Positions 1 to 13,354 are shown, counted from the stretch's first letter. The stretch is 64,000 bases of DNA from Camelus ferus (GCF_009834535.1 NC_045697.1:28460001-28524000); one strand, 5' to 3'. Numbers and translations are program-made. The notes: generated by a model from the sequence alone, not told the origin.

Positions 1-539
1 AGGCTCACTGTGTCTTTGAGGGCAGTCAATGAACAGCTACTCCTCTGTATATCCCTGAAAAGCTCCCTCTCAGTGAATCCCCCTTTTTCATATACCAAAA
101 TTCTCAACCTTACTCCATTATCTTCCTGTATATAAAGAGGTATAATTTTTCAAGGTTTCACACAGCATGATCTCCTGAAAACGCAAGAAAGGCCTTCCCT
201 AACATGAAATAAAGCCATTTATACGGTGTGGTGGCCAACAAAGCATTCCAAGACAGCTCATACAGATGTCACGATAGAATCAATGTCTTAGGATTTCGCC
301 CTAAAAGGGCTCTCTGGTTCACTTTCTCTTTAGTTTCTTTAGGGCGGCCAATGACGTGAGGAAAACAGCAGCCCTCCATATGAGCAGACCCCAAACACAA
401 ACAAAAGACTTCGATTCTGAGACCAAAATGGGGTCCCCAACCAGAAGACCACTTCCTATGGTGGATATTTGGGTTTCAGAGGCGCCAGGGAAATCTCATT
501 TGTTTTAAGTAGGAAAGTGGGGAAAAATAGAAAGAGAAG

Positions 540-1800
540 CGATTGGAAAACTCGCGAGTCTTGAATAAAAAGCCAAGCTAGCCCTCCTCCTGGGCAGCAG
601 ATCCAAAAGACGATTCCCGCCCAGAACCCAGAAGAGGAGACGAGGGTCGTGAGATTGGAAGCCCGGGACCGAGCGCAAGGCGCGAATGGAAGCTGCGCGC
701 ACATCCCCCTGGCTCCTTGCACATCCCGCCGGGACCCAGGAGCATCCCCACGGGGCGGCTGGGCCAGCCTGGGAAAGGCGCTTACCTACGACCAAGCACC
801 GACCGCTCCTATTCCGACGGCTCGGACAGCTCCTCGCTCTGGGCCGCGCAGCCGCAGCTTCTGCACTCGCGCCCTGCTCGGTCTGATCTGCCCTCACCGC
901 ACGCCCCTCTAAGGCTCCCAGGCGCCGCACCCCGAGTCCTGGGCCCAAGCCCGTATTTAAAGGATTCTACCCAAGAAGGCGGAGGCTTCATTCCCCTGCA
1001 GCCAGGCCCTCCTGGACTCTGGCCTCAGCCGCATCCCTGCTCCACCTCCCGCCACGCTAGGCCCGCGGCCCGCCCCTATTTCCTGCGGGCCCAGGGGCGT
1101 GGATATGGGGGCGTGGCTAGCCGTGGCTGGGAGGAGTCAGGCCCCGCCCGCCGGCCGAGCTTGGGCAAATCCTTTCGGGCCAGCTCACAGCCCCGCCCCT
1201 GCCGCGAGTGGCGCTGGGTGGAACTGCGTGCGCAGCAGTCAGCCAAGGACAGGGCCTGGGTCAGCGGGACCGTCTCGGTCAGTCAGTAGTACCCTGTGGT
1301 CCGAGCCCCGGTCTTGCCGTCTGACCCCCCGCTTCCCTCCCTGTATCCCTGTTCTGGCTGACAGTCGGCGCTGAGGAGGTGCCGCGTGCGCGCCAGGGGT
1401 ACGAAGGTACTGGGCGGGCTGCGTCCCGAGGAGACCGGAAGGTCCCCGCCCCCTTTCCGGTCTCTCCAGCAACCTAGAGGGCTGGCCTCGACTTTCGGCT
1501 CCCTAGACCCAGTCGATCCGCTGCCAGCGGCCCACTCCACTCCCACGCCCTTCTAGGCTCCTAGATCTACCGCACCCTCCGGGCTGGCGGCCCAGGGTTT
1601 AGTCACTTTACGTCCGACCGGCCGCTTCTGGGAAGGAGGCGCCTCACGTCTGGAGGCTACTGAATCCCATCATGACTGGACTAGTTAGTGGTCCCCGCCC
1701 TGATCCCTGGGTGGAGAAGCGGGACAGCCACGCCCTCCAGACACATTTTCCTGATACTCCTGCCAAATTAAGGATCTGAGATGTCCGTGCGTGATGTATA
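540..1800. promoter_or_regulatory. UGDH: CpG island promoter (putative UGDH promoter, possibly bidirectional)
   Basis: Very GC- and CpG-rich against an AT-rich background. Several GC boxes (CCCGCCC near 1068-1076, 1142-1150, 1191-1199, 1444-1452, 1693-1700) and a TATA-like TTTAAATA on the minus strand at 954-961. Gene name inferred from SMIM14-UGDH gene order in mammals. Confidence 0.8.
786..930 (-). other. UGDH: Putative non-coding first exon of UGDH; intron 1 runs off the left edge
   Basis: Strong donor site on the minus strand, GTCGTAG|GTAAGC (plus cttac|ctacg, boundary 785/786), inside the CpG island about 170 nt downstream of the TATA-like element. The start coordinate is estimated. No UGDH coding sequence is in the window, so identity rests on synteny. 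Confidence 0.65.
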
Positions 1801-2294
1801 GCAGAGAGCATGCAAGATGTAAGTGCCGTGTATAAGAAAGAGTAAAATTAACGTATGGAGCCTTCCACTTTTAATGTGGCGAACAGTTCTGTTCCTCTTT
1901 CCCCACTAGAAGATCATATTAAACCTCAAATCTAAGAAGAAAAAAGGAAAATCATAACTGGTCTTAATAAATTAAGAATTACAACAAGTGATATAATCTG
2001 TACTTGAAATTAAAGACCATTTTAGGATAAATCATTAAAGTGATTGGAAATTTATAAAGGTGCATTAAAATACCATATAGATGATAGATTTCTTGATAGG
2101 AGCATGATGACAACTAGAAAGCTGTTGAATGTCGATTAAACACGTTTGCTGTGGATTGTAGAATGTATGATAAGATATGTAGAGGTTTTTACATTCTATG
2201 CAATTAAGTTCATTTATCCAACAGTTAGTGCCTGTTGTGTGTTAGACATTATCCTAGAGACCGGAGATGCGAAGTGGATCAAAACCCAATTCCT

Positions 2295-2603
2295 CAAATG
2301 AACTTATTTATAAAACAGAAATAGACTCACAGATATAGAGAACAAATTTATGGTTACCAAAGGGGAAAGGGGCAAGGGAGGGACGAATTTGTGATTAACG
2401 GATCCACACTACTGTATATAAAATAGATAGTCAATAAGGATCTACTGTATAGCACAGGGAACTATATTCACTATCTTGTAATAATCTATAATGGAAAAAT
2501 CTGAAAAAATACATATTTATAAATGTATATATATCTATAACTGGATCACTTTGCTGTACACCTGAAACATTGTAAATCAACTATACTTAAAAAAAAGTTT
2601 TTA
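2295..2603 (+). mobile_element. 5'-truncated LINE-1 3' end
   Basis: Typical L1 3' UTR (ctactgtatagcacagggaactatattc ... gctgtacacctgaaac), A-tail, TSD aa(a/g)acccaattcct at 2281-2294 and 2604-2617. Confidence 0.9.
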
Positions 2604-2933
2604 AAGACCCAATTCCTTCTTCCAAAGCTCATAGGCTAGTAGAGATAACTGAATATGTCATTGCATACATGTGACAAATACTATAATAGAGGTATCTTTT
2701 TGAACTTGACATATACATAGATTTAAATTTCCTATTACAGTTGGCTTTCTAATAAAAGCTACTTTTCTATTATTATTCTCTTTATGTTGAATTCAACATT
2801 TTTCTACCTAGTATTGACTTCACATTCTTTGTTAATATTTTGATAATAATCATAATCTTTAAAACAGACAATAGTTTCTCAGAAATTAAATCAGAATATC
2901 AATATTCATTAGAATGAGCTTCTGTATATATGA

Positions 2934-3383
2934 CAACAGTTCTCAAATTGTGCTAACAGTCTCTGAGACCTTTTCAGGAGATCCAGGAGGCAAAATATTT
3001 TTATGATAATACTAATATGTCACCTTTTTCACTCTTATTCTCTTATAAGCATACAGTGGAATTTTCCAGAGACTGTATGACATGTGATATTGTAACAGAT
3101 CGAGGCATATATTATAGATTTACAAAAATGTAAAGCAATACCAATCTTCTTGCTAATTTTTTACTTAGAAGTAATTTTTCATAAAGTATGCTATTTATGT
3201 TAACATAAAATGAATTTATTATTGTTAATTTGAAGGAATTGATGTGTTTTCTATAATTTATCCGTTTTCATTTCTTATAGGGTAAATACCAATAGATATA
3301 ATTAATATGAAAAAACTTTTGGGGGTCTTCAAGTTTTAGATGTATAAAGGAGACCTGAGAACAAAAAGTTTGAGAACTGCTTG
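2934..3383 (+). mobile_element. hAT-Charlie DNA transposon relic (Charlie1b-like)
   Basis: Degenerate terminal inverted repeats (cagttctcaaa ... tttgagaactg); interior resembles the recalled Charlie1 consensus. Confidence 0.8.
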
Positions 3384-3619
3384 AGGTAGGCCAATTATTT
3401 TCAGATTATGTTTTGTGGAGCTTTAAGTTTCTCTGGTGGTATGTCAATCTGTGAAAAAGAGAATGAGTGGGAGGTTCAAACAGGGCCCTGGGTCTCCTAC
3501 TTCCTTCTGCTCCACATCAGAGCAGTTCTCCTTTTATCTGTTTCTCTGCTTTATATGTCAAAATTTCATATAGAATTTTAATTTATAAACTGGTTCCTCT
3601 TAAAATTTAAAAATCATTG

Positions 3620-4080
3620 ATTTATTCATTCCATAAGTATTTTCTCCAAGTGTTTAGTATGTGATAGGATTGTGCTAGTCACTAGGAATATAATTGTGAG
3701 TGAAAAATGATATATTCCTTGCCTTCATAAATGTTACTCTCTATGGGGAAACACAATCACACAGATACATGTAAAATTGCAACTCTATTAAGGAAAAATA
3801 CATAGTCTTGTAGGAATACACAATAGAAGTATCTAACATAGCAGGTCAGGGATGCTTTCTCAAGGTGTGATAATTGAGCTCTTAAAGGAGACATAGGCAT
3901 TAACTAGGGAAAACAAAAAAGGTGGCTAGAGGAATTAAAGGATGAACGTAGGGAGAGCAATTCAGAGCCAATTACCGTCATCAAGAATTAGAAGCAGTAT
4001 GTCCAGCGTAGTAGCCATGGAAATTTAGAGAAATGAACAGATTCAAGAGGTGATCAGGGAATAAAAGCAATACAACTTTA
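3620..4080 (-). mobile_element. LINE-2 3' fragment
   Basis: Begins with the ttcattc-type L2 tail, followed by typical L2 3' sequence; highly diverged. Confidence 0.6.
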
Positions 4081-6569
4081 GTAATATCCCTCATCAGCCC
4101 TGCCCCCATCTCACACCAAGGATAGCACTATCCTGGATTCAATAGTAACGGTTAGTTTTGCCTTGCACAGATATATTTAAGGGAATCAATTTCTAGCCCC
4201 TCAACTTCCACAGGTACTCATTCCCAAAATTGATCTGCCCAAGAACAGTCCATTTTATAAAAGAAAGGCTTACCTTTCACCCAAACAGAACCTACTATGA
4301 TCCACTACCCAGGGGTAAAATTCTGGGTGCCAAACAAAGGGATAAATTGAATTCTGGTTTTGGGGAAATCCCCTGTAGTGATTAATAAAGACCATTCAAA
4401 TCTGCCTTTCCTCCTTTTGTATTTATTTTTGTTAAAGCTGAAGTTCAGAGTTAGGACATTTTGGACAGTTTAATTTCCAAATAGAAGATTCCGTATAAAT
4501 TAGTGACCTTGATTCTTTTAAAAACAACTATTTTGCAGGACTGTGAAAAATTTTAAGAGATATTGGATAAAACTGACATGGATAAAATTTACAAGAGTTA
4601 TTCAGTAAAGTAGTTCGACTTAGTTATATCAAATCTTAATATTTTTTCCACTTGTAGGTTTCATCTTATATAATGTTTAATACTTTTATTAACAAAACTA
4701 TATTCATTACACCTGGAAACATGTTGAATGTCAACTTAAAATGTGCTAAGCATTGACCAAAGTCAGAGCCATTCTCCAAAATTTCTAAGGTGTTTAATCA
4801 CATTTATTGTGGTACTAAGGACAGCAGCTGAGGTTATAGTTCTCTTAATGCTTTGGAGCTAACCAGTTGTCTGCAAGTCTTACAAAATCTCTTGTAAGAT
4901 TATGTAAGATTGCATTATGATCTTGCTGTCACTAGTGGCTTCACCCAACGATTGTATTAAAGCAAATGAAGGTGATTTTGAATCTGGAGTAGAGATTCTA
5001 TTTGGTTTGCTCACAGATGGAGCCAAGTAAGTTTAGGTGAAAAGGTATGAGTCAATGCTTAGACCTCTTCTGCCTCCTTGTGTATTTTGGCCAAGTAGAG
5101 AAAAAAGAATTAAATGACATCAACATACAGTGATTGAAGTGGGAAGGACACATATGAACCTATGTTAAGGAAGAGTATCAAGTATGCTTTGCATTGGAAT
5201 TCTAAAAGGGAAAAATATGTATAAGATAGTATGTCATTTTTCAAAATTCTTTTAGGAATATACAAGCAATAAATTAGAAATTATAGGTCTAGGATTTTCC
5301 AATGAGACTGGATGGCTGTAGTTGTGTAGAAAGCAAGATTACTGGAGGAAAGGTTAAGGGACTGAGTATTAGAAGGATTGTCTATCCTTCTAATAGAATC
5401 TCAATAGGAGGAGTGTTGAAAAGACAGGCAGAAGGTCCAATGCTAAAATCTTCAAAGAATGAGGAGTAATCCAGAGGCCTATAGATGACTGTGAAAATAC
5501 GGTATCAAGTGGAATACTTTGCCAGCATGAGCTTCTAAAGAGTTGGAGAGTTTTAGGGAGGAGAAAACAATAGCCTGACAGCCACACTGAGGAATTGTGA
5601 AGTTCACTCTACACCTACATCTTTGGTTATATGGTCTGGAAAAGAAAACAGCCTCCATTTGAGAGGGCAGTGAGAGAGTCAGTGCCCTTAAGGAGATGCC
5701 ATATTTTGATGAAGGGACTGCTCAGAGAAGAGGTTGAAGATATGGGGCGTTTGCTGATGATGACCCTTGAGTTTTGGAGGTTTGGGGCATGAGGAAGGGT
5801 ATGAGATTGAATCAGCTTGGGGGAGTGGCTGAGTGATGGCCTGGGAGTCTTGGACTTGTAGTGGATGCCAATATAAACAGGAGAAAAGAGCATGGTAGGG
5901 TCTCTAAAGCCAGTTATCACTGAGAGACCATTAGTGCAGGGAGGGAGTAGATAGGTAGGCTTGAGGGAGTCTTGGCAAAAACATGTAGCTCTCAGTGGGT
6001 CTTCCTGTCAGACATGATGACATTGGTGCTGAGGCTAATAAAGGGGTGATACCACTGTGGAGGGGGCTCTGTGGGTATACCCTGACAACTCTGCAGATAC
6101 TCTTATCTTACATCTAGCAAAACTACAGCAATAAAAACCTCTCCCTTTTGCCCTAGACCCATATTCCTCTCAAGTTACTACCACATTTCTTTATACTCGC
6201 TCATTGCGAAACCCCTCCAAAGAGTTGCTTATACTTTGTCTCTCCTTTTTTACCCCCAGTTCTTTCCTTAACTACTCCAGCAGGTTTGTCATCCTATCAC
6301 TCCAGCAAAACATCTTTTACCAAGTTCACCATGAATTCTTTCTGTCAAAATGTTCAATTCTCCATCCCCATGATTTTTCTCCGTAGAATTTGACACCGCT
6401 GAGCCCTCCTCCCTCTAGAGATTTGCTTTCTTTTCAGGCTTCCAAGACATTACACTCACAGAATTTTCTTCTGCCACAGGGTGGTCCTTTTCAGTCTACT
6501 TTTTGGTTCCTTTTTCTTGACCACAGCTCTAAATGTTGCAGTACCCCAGGTCCCAGTCCTGGGGTTCTC

Positions 6570-7988
6570 TTTTTTTTTTAAATTGAAATATAGTTGACAT
6601 AGAGTATTGTTAGTTTCAGGTATACTACATAATGATCTGACATTTACATACATTATGAAGTGCTCACTACAGTAAGTGTTACTAGAATTTTCTGTCCCCA
6701 TTACAGAAATAAGTTATTACAGTACTATTGACCATATTCCTTATGCTGTATATTACATCCCTGTGGCTTATTTGTAACTGGAGAATTGTACCTCTTAATC
6801 CCCTTCACCTATTTTGCCCCTTACCTCAGTCCCTCCCCTCTGGCAACAATTTGTTCTCTGTGTCTATAAGTCTATTTTCATTTTGTTTTGTTATTTATAT
6901 TTCATATATAAATAGGATCATATGGTTTTTGTCTTTCTGTCTGACTTACTTCATTTAACATAATCTCCTCTAGATTCATCCATGGCAAAATTCCTTTTTT
7001 TAATGACTGAGTAATATTCTATTTTATTTATATACCACACCTTCTTTATCCTTTCATCTATAGATGGGCATTTAGGTTGCTTCCATATCTTGACTGCTGA
7101 AAACAATGCTGCAATAATCATGGGGGTGCATGTATCTTTTCAAGTCAGTGTTCTTGTTTTCTTCAGGTAAATACCCAGAAATGAAATTGCTGGATAGTAT
7201 GGCAGTCCTGATTTTTTGAGGAAAGTTCATACTGTTTTCCATAGATGCTACACCAATCTACAATCCCACCAACTGTGTGCAAGGGTTCCCTTTTCTCCAC
7301 ATCCTTGTCTACAGTTGTTATTTCTTGTCTTTTTGATGATAGTAATTCTGAGTGTGAGGTGGTTTTGAATTGCATTTTCCTGATGATTAGTGTGATGTTG
7401 AGCATCTTCATGTGCCTGTTGGCCATATGTATATCTTCTTTGGAAAAATATCTATTGAGGTCCTCTGTCTATCTTTAAATTGGATTGTTTGGGGTTTTTT
7501 TATATTGAGTTGTATGAATTCTTTGTATTTTTTGATATTAACTCCTTATTGTATACATCTTTTGCACACATCTTCTCCTATTCAGTAGGCTGCCTTTTTG
7601 TTTTGTTGGTAGTTTCCTAGTTTTCCAAAAACTTGTGCAAGCTTTTTAGTTTGATGTAGTCTGATTTATTTTTGCTTGCCTGAGGAAACAATCCAAAAAT
7701 TTTTTGCTAAGACCAGTGTCAAAGAGCCTATGTTTTCTTCTAGGAGTTTTATAGTTTCAGGTCTTATATGTAAGTCTTTCATCCATCTTGAGTTTATTTT
7801 TGTATATGGTTTGAGAAAGTAGTCCAGTTTTTTTTACATGTAGCTGTCCAGTTTTCCCAACACCATTTATTGAAGAGGCTTTTCCCCATTGTATATTCTT
7901 GCCTCCTTTGACATAGATGAATTGACCATGTAAGCGTAGGTTTATTTCTGGGCTTTCTATTCTGTTCCATTGATACATGTGTTTGTTT
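6570..7988 (-). mobile_element. LINE-1, 5'-truncated, with decayed ORF2 C-terminus
   Basis: Poly(T) at 6570-6579, L1 3' UTR, ORF2-like peptides [11 protein letters not shown] and MANRHMK in the ORF track. Confidence 0.95.
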
Positions 7989-8179
7989 CTCATCTCTGTC
8001 TTTATTGTCTCTTTAGGTGATTTTATCCAGTCCCAGAGATTCAAATACTATCTGTATTTTTTTGGCTTTTAGAGTATCTCTCTTTACGATGGAAACTTAG
8101 CTCCACACACTCTAATCTACTCAAGATCTCCACTTGGATGTCAGATCATTTTAGCCAACACTTAAGTATTGTTTTTCCT

Positions 8180-8702
8180 TTGTGGCAGTGACTGCCAGCT
8201 GACCCCAATAGCCACACTGCCCTTACTTAGTAACAGAATTCCCAAATTTTAGCTGGACAGATACTTCCTGTAATGAAGACTACAATGTCTAGTCTGCTTT
8301 GGGTCTGGTCACATGATGAAGTCCTGGCTAAGGGGATATGAACAGAAGGGATATGTATGTTTAGGACAATCCCGTAAATGAAGAGGCAGGCCCTCCTTAT
8401 TTCCTTCCCCTCCTCCCCTCTAGCTGGAACACTGACCCATTGGGTGTTGTTTTGGAACTATCTTTGACTATGCAGAGAACAACTACGTTGGGGGGACCAC
8501 AGACAAGCAGTTTGAGAAGCTCCACTGCTCTAGGGGTCAGTAGAGCAACAAGACAGTCTGAGTTTTGAACACCTGAAGCAGGTGTATCACCCTTGGACTG
8601 CTTGTATCCCTCAACTACTACATGAAAGAGAACTTCAGTCTGTCTGGTTTAAGCCACTGGAGTCTCTTTATTCCAGCAAGTTAACCCTATGCTAACTAAT
8701 AT
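8180..8702 (+). mobile_element. ERVL-MaLR LTR (MLT1J/K-like)
   Basis: TG start (tgtggcag), internal gtttaagccactg, end ctaactaata. Confidence 0.65.
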
Positions 8703-10249
8703 TTGCTCGCAATCTGCTCCTTCTCACCCTTCATTTCCCTTCCCATAAACCTTTTCCGTCTTAATTTGTATCATCAATCACCCAGTTGCTCGGGCCCCCA
8801 TACTAGATGCCATTCTTGTTTTCTCTTCCCTCCCATTCATTGCCAGGCCATCATTGTGACCTATTGGCTCTACCTCCAAAATGTATCTCAAATCTGAGCT
8901 CTTAAAACTTGGACTGACACCACCTTACTCAAAGCCCCTAGCATCTCTTATCTGGACTTCAGTGGCTTCCTGCCTCCCTTCTTGATGCACACAGTTCATC
9001 TTCAACACAGCAGCCAGAGTGAGATTATAAATCATAAATCAGGTCACACATTCCCCACCCCCTGCCCCAGTGGCTTCTGTACTCATAATAAAATCTAAAG
9101 TCCTTGTTTTGGATTCCAAGATCCTACAATATGTGGATCTTACTTCTGATCTCATATTCTACCAGTCATTTGGCCTTATTCTGATCCCTTGAAAATGTCA
9201 TGTCTGTTTCAATCTCAGGGCCTTTGCACTTGTTTTTTTCTTTTGGAAAACTGCCCAGATCTTTGCGTAGCTGCCTCATTCAGATATCATCTCTTCAGAA
9301 AGCTCTTTCACCATGATTGTATTTAACTTCTCTTTAGCAATTAATAGTTGCTGGGATAATCTTATTTGTTAGCTTTTGTATTTGCCCACTGTAAATAAAA
9401 TACAAACTTCTTGAGGACAAGGACTAAAAACAAATGACCTTAGCACTACGAGAATTCATTTTAATAATTTGACCTTTATTCCTTGTTATTACAGTGGTGT
9501 TTTTGTTTACTTGGCCTGTTTTATTTTTTTAACACAGAACTTTCACATTTACTGAACAGGCTTCTGTTAGGGCCATCCATGAAGAAGGATGACATCCTGC
9601 CTACCTCATTCCCACAAAAATTTTTTTTTGACAAAAAAGCATTATTTTTAGGCATCAGGAAAAACTATTAAAAACAATTCTATTGCACTAGAATTCAAGG
9701 TTTCAGTGAATTCCCTGCCCATTCATAGAAATCAGTTAGTATGAAGGAAATGATTAATTTTACTTTTGTTTTTGTTTTCTTTTTCATCTCCAGAACTAAA
9801 TACAGTATTTAACATTTTTTATAGCTCATGGTTCTCACCCTTAAGAGCTGCCACTGGAATCACTTGTAGATGCTTAGGCCAAAACTCATACCAATTAACC
9901 CCATTCTAGAAACTCTGAGATGTGGCCACACGGCATCAGTGGTTTTTAACGCTCTTTAGATGAGTGCAGTGTGCAGTCTGCTCTAATAGTTTGCTCTTTA
10001 GCTTTTCTTGCAATGGATTTTTTCACTAGTCAAAATTTACTTGCTTTCCATTTTACCCTCCAAGGATTTAAAACTATTGATTGGAAATTGTGTTATTCTA
10101 TTTAATATTTTGATATTTAATGTTTTTCACATGCCAGGCACTGACCTAAAGGTGTGATTGTTCATTGCTAGTAGGGTGACTTCCTTCCAATGGGAATTCA
10201 GTGGAAGTGTCTGAAATTCACGGTTTCCATACAGAGGTTTTAGAAAGGG

Positions 10250-10253
<4 letters not shown>

Positions 10254-10287
<34 letters not shown>
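10254..10287 (+). repeat. (TG)17 microsatellite
   Basis: Read directly. Confidence 0.97.
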
Positions 10288-10289
<2 letters not shown>

Positions 10290-10537
10290 GGGATGGTGAA
10301 GGCCCTTACATAACAATGTTTAATGCTTTACAAAGCATTTTTACACACATTTCATTTCTCACTTTAGTTTGGTGGAAAGTAGTATTATACTTGATAAATA
10401 AACAAGGAAAGCAATGTTCCGAATTAAGCAGACTGCTGAAGGGCCACATAGCTTTGTATTCCTTAGTCAAGGCACAGGCTGGTTGAAATGCCATTAGTCT
10501 TTTAGTTACTGAAAACTAACGTTTCGTAAGAAGGGAA

Positions 10538-10845
10538 CTTATTGTAACAGACTGAATGTGGAAGTAGAAATGATGACCTAGCTTGCTTCTATTAAGCCAG
10601 CTATTAAAGAGATTTGCAAAAATGCAGACCAATGCCACTCTTTTCACTAAATTTTCATTTTGGAAAATGGTTATTTTCATCAAAAATATTTTAACATGTA
10701 TTGGGTGTATTATTGTTTTAAAATACTTAATACTTATAAATGGTCTCAGTTTTAATCTTGGACATAGTATGTATATTGATAGATATAACCCATGTAAACA
10801 AAATCTCTTTGGGGTCCCCAAACTGGAAAGTTTGAGGATCTCTGT
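10538..10845 (+). mobile_element. Charlie1 3' fragment
   Basis: Similar to 3090-3383 (attgtaacaga ... gatttgcaaaaatg ... tttggggtcc ... aagtttgagga). Confidence 0.75.
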
Positions 10846-11169
10846 AAGTTATTACTGTATGCTTTGGCCTCTGGCCTATTTTTTCCTGTTGTGTCAAAAA
10901 CTAAAAATCTGAATAAACTGTTTACCTTAACATTATGTACGGCTTACGCAAAGCTAGCTCATTTAGCACTTTTTCCCCAAGGCTACACATTATTACAATA
11001 CTAAATACGAGAAGATTGGTACAATGAAAGTAGAAGTCTGAGAGCTGGATGAAAATTATAGAATACATGATAAAGAAGGTCAATGTCAGCTATCTCTTCA
11101 ATAGAAACACTCTGAATATCTTTGATGCTCTCAGAGATTAGCATCAGAAATTAATACAAGAGGACACAG

Positions 11170-11318
11170 AACTATATTCAGTATCTTATGGTAACCTATG
11201 GTGAAAGAATATGAAAATGAATATATGTATGTTCCTATATGACTGAAGTATTGTGCTGTACACCAGAAACTGACACATTGTAAACTGACTATACTTCAAT
11301 AAAAATGTATATTAAAAA
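11170..11318 (+). mobile_element. Very short LINE-1 3' end
   Basis: L1 terminal sequence plus A-tail; TSD aatacaagNNgacacagaa at 11153-11171 and 11319-11337. Confidence 0.88.
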
Positions 11319-13354
11319 AATACAAGCAGACACAGAATTCAACCTTAACTGTTGCCAGTTTACACATATGTGGCTGAGTTCTCAAAATATTGTGATGTAA
11401 TGAAAAAATTCCTTAGATGTTGTGGAGGGGGAAAACTGTAAGCCCTACTCATTCTGTAATGGAGAAACTATAATTTTTAATATTACTTTATTTAGCCCAA
11501 GATTTCCTTAAGCCATCTATTTTCTGATTTAGCTCTGGTTAACATAGCCAGCTTTCAACAGGCAATTGTTAGTGAAATTCCAGGAAGATGAGGGAGTGTG
11601 ACAAAACTGCAATGTGACACAAAACAGTAAAAAGTAGTCTTTAAGACTGTTAGATAAAAAAATGAAGGCTAAGAACATCTGCAAGGATGTAAATCTTAAT
11701 CCATCTGTTGGGCTGGTTCTGGTGTCAGATTTACATTTTGTATGTTGTCACCACAAAACTGTACTTGCTAGATTAATTGTAAGGAATCCCTTTTAAGATA
11801 CCCGGAATTCTAAAGTTTAATGTTTACATACTAATTAGTTATCAGGGAAAGCTGCATTCAGTCTAGGATCTGTAATTCCTTTTGTACGTAAAGTGCCTCC
11901 CCTTTAGGCACAGAATTAATGAGTGACTATGTAACATATACATTTCTTTAAAAACAAAATACGAGATTCTTCCATCATGCTGAGTCTGCTATGTAGTATT
12001 TGTATTCTTTAATTCTGCTCAGTTTTTCAAAATGAATAGAAACAATGCAATTCAAATCCTTTATCAAGACATAGCCTGAGTATATGAGCTTATGAGCAGT
12101 GTAGAACCATATATTTAAGAGGCAAAGCCTCAGACATTGCAAGGATTGTAAATAATTTTTTTCTCATTCCTAAATTTCCTATAAAAAAGCAGAGTTTTGT
12201 ATAAGGGAATAAAAGTCTTATTTGATATGAAGGTTGCTTTATTCTTAAAACTACACATATTTTTCCTTGCTCCTCTGTATTTCCTACCTCCAGACATCTC
12301 GCTCCTCCCTTTCAACAGACATCTTCACTTGGCGTTGGATGGTTTAAAATGGTTTCTATAATCTAGTCCTGAATAATATCCACTTTAAAGCATAAACAGT
12401 TAAGCCATAAATATAAACGCTTATTGAAATGTCTTTTGAACGAGCATAATCAATTTAAGAAAAGATGGGCAGGGTTAAGTTCCCTGTGAGGAAAGATCAC
12501 ACTGATAACCCCAGTTTTTAAAAGTCAGAGCATGAGAGATAATTGTGGCTGGTGTTTGTGGAACATTTGGGGGTGGGCGGTGGAAGGAAATCAGTCCTAT
12601 AAACTGAGATTCTAAGTTGAGAAAACTATCAGATGAAATGTCAGGGAAAAAAAAAACTTCCTAGAATTCCATTTTCTGAAACTATTTAATGAAAACTTAA
12701 CAGTTTTATTGGGGATTCAGATATTCACTGACATATACCTGACAAACTTTAGACTGAAATCATTATCTCCAGGAAGTTATAATTTCACACATTTTGCTAT
12801 TATAAATAACACTTAAGTATCACACAGACACTGACATCATAATCATGTCAGAACAACTGTATCATTTTTTAATAGATGAGTATTAATGATCTTTAGTATT
12901 TGGATGCATTCCAGGTCACAGAGCAAAAGCAAACTTTCACCTTTGTGTGAGTTTGTGTTTTCAGTACCGTTACATGTCTAGCTCCTCTGGGGTAACATAT
13001 GTCTTCTCAAATAATGAACACTATTGGATATTATACTCTCAAAGAAAATGTCTATTGACCCTGTATTCTAGGAAGAAATTTTAAAAAAAAAACAACAAAA
13101 GAAATGTAATTGCAATCTTATTTCTTAGAGATTCTTAGAATCTTTACGACTGAACACTGGCCCCACACTGCTGTTACATAAATATTCTTCCTGTAACTCA
13201 AAGTTTGCTCTTAGGAATGTCTTAGTTAGGGGTAGGTAAAAAGCCTTACAAAGAAACTTTAATAAAGGACATTAACATTTTACAAGAAAAGATACTCACT
13301 TCTCTTCCCACAAAAGCCAAACAGAAAACAGTGAGTGTTAACTAACATTTTCTA

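Larger units (their letters stand above)
6100..9430 (+). mobile_element. Fragmented LINE-2 interrupted by an L1 and an MLT1 LTR
   Basis: L2-like pyrimidine-rich sequence at about 6100-6568, 7990-8150 and 8700-9430 (e.g. ctctacctccaaaatgtatctcaaatc, cagggcctttgcactt). Confidence 0.7.

Noticed and set aside
456..1546. Nine overlapping ORFs (60-190 aa) in the CpG island
   Set aside because: Expected stop-codon scarcity in GC-rich DNA; Pro/Arg/Gly/Ala-rich, on both strands, no recognisable protein.
4878..4899. Hairpin tcttacaa-N6-ttgtaaga
   Set aside because: An 8-bp AT-rich stem is within chance expectation for 64 kb; no RNA-gene features.
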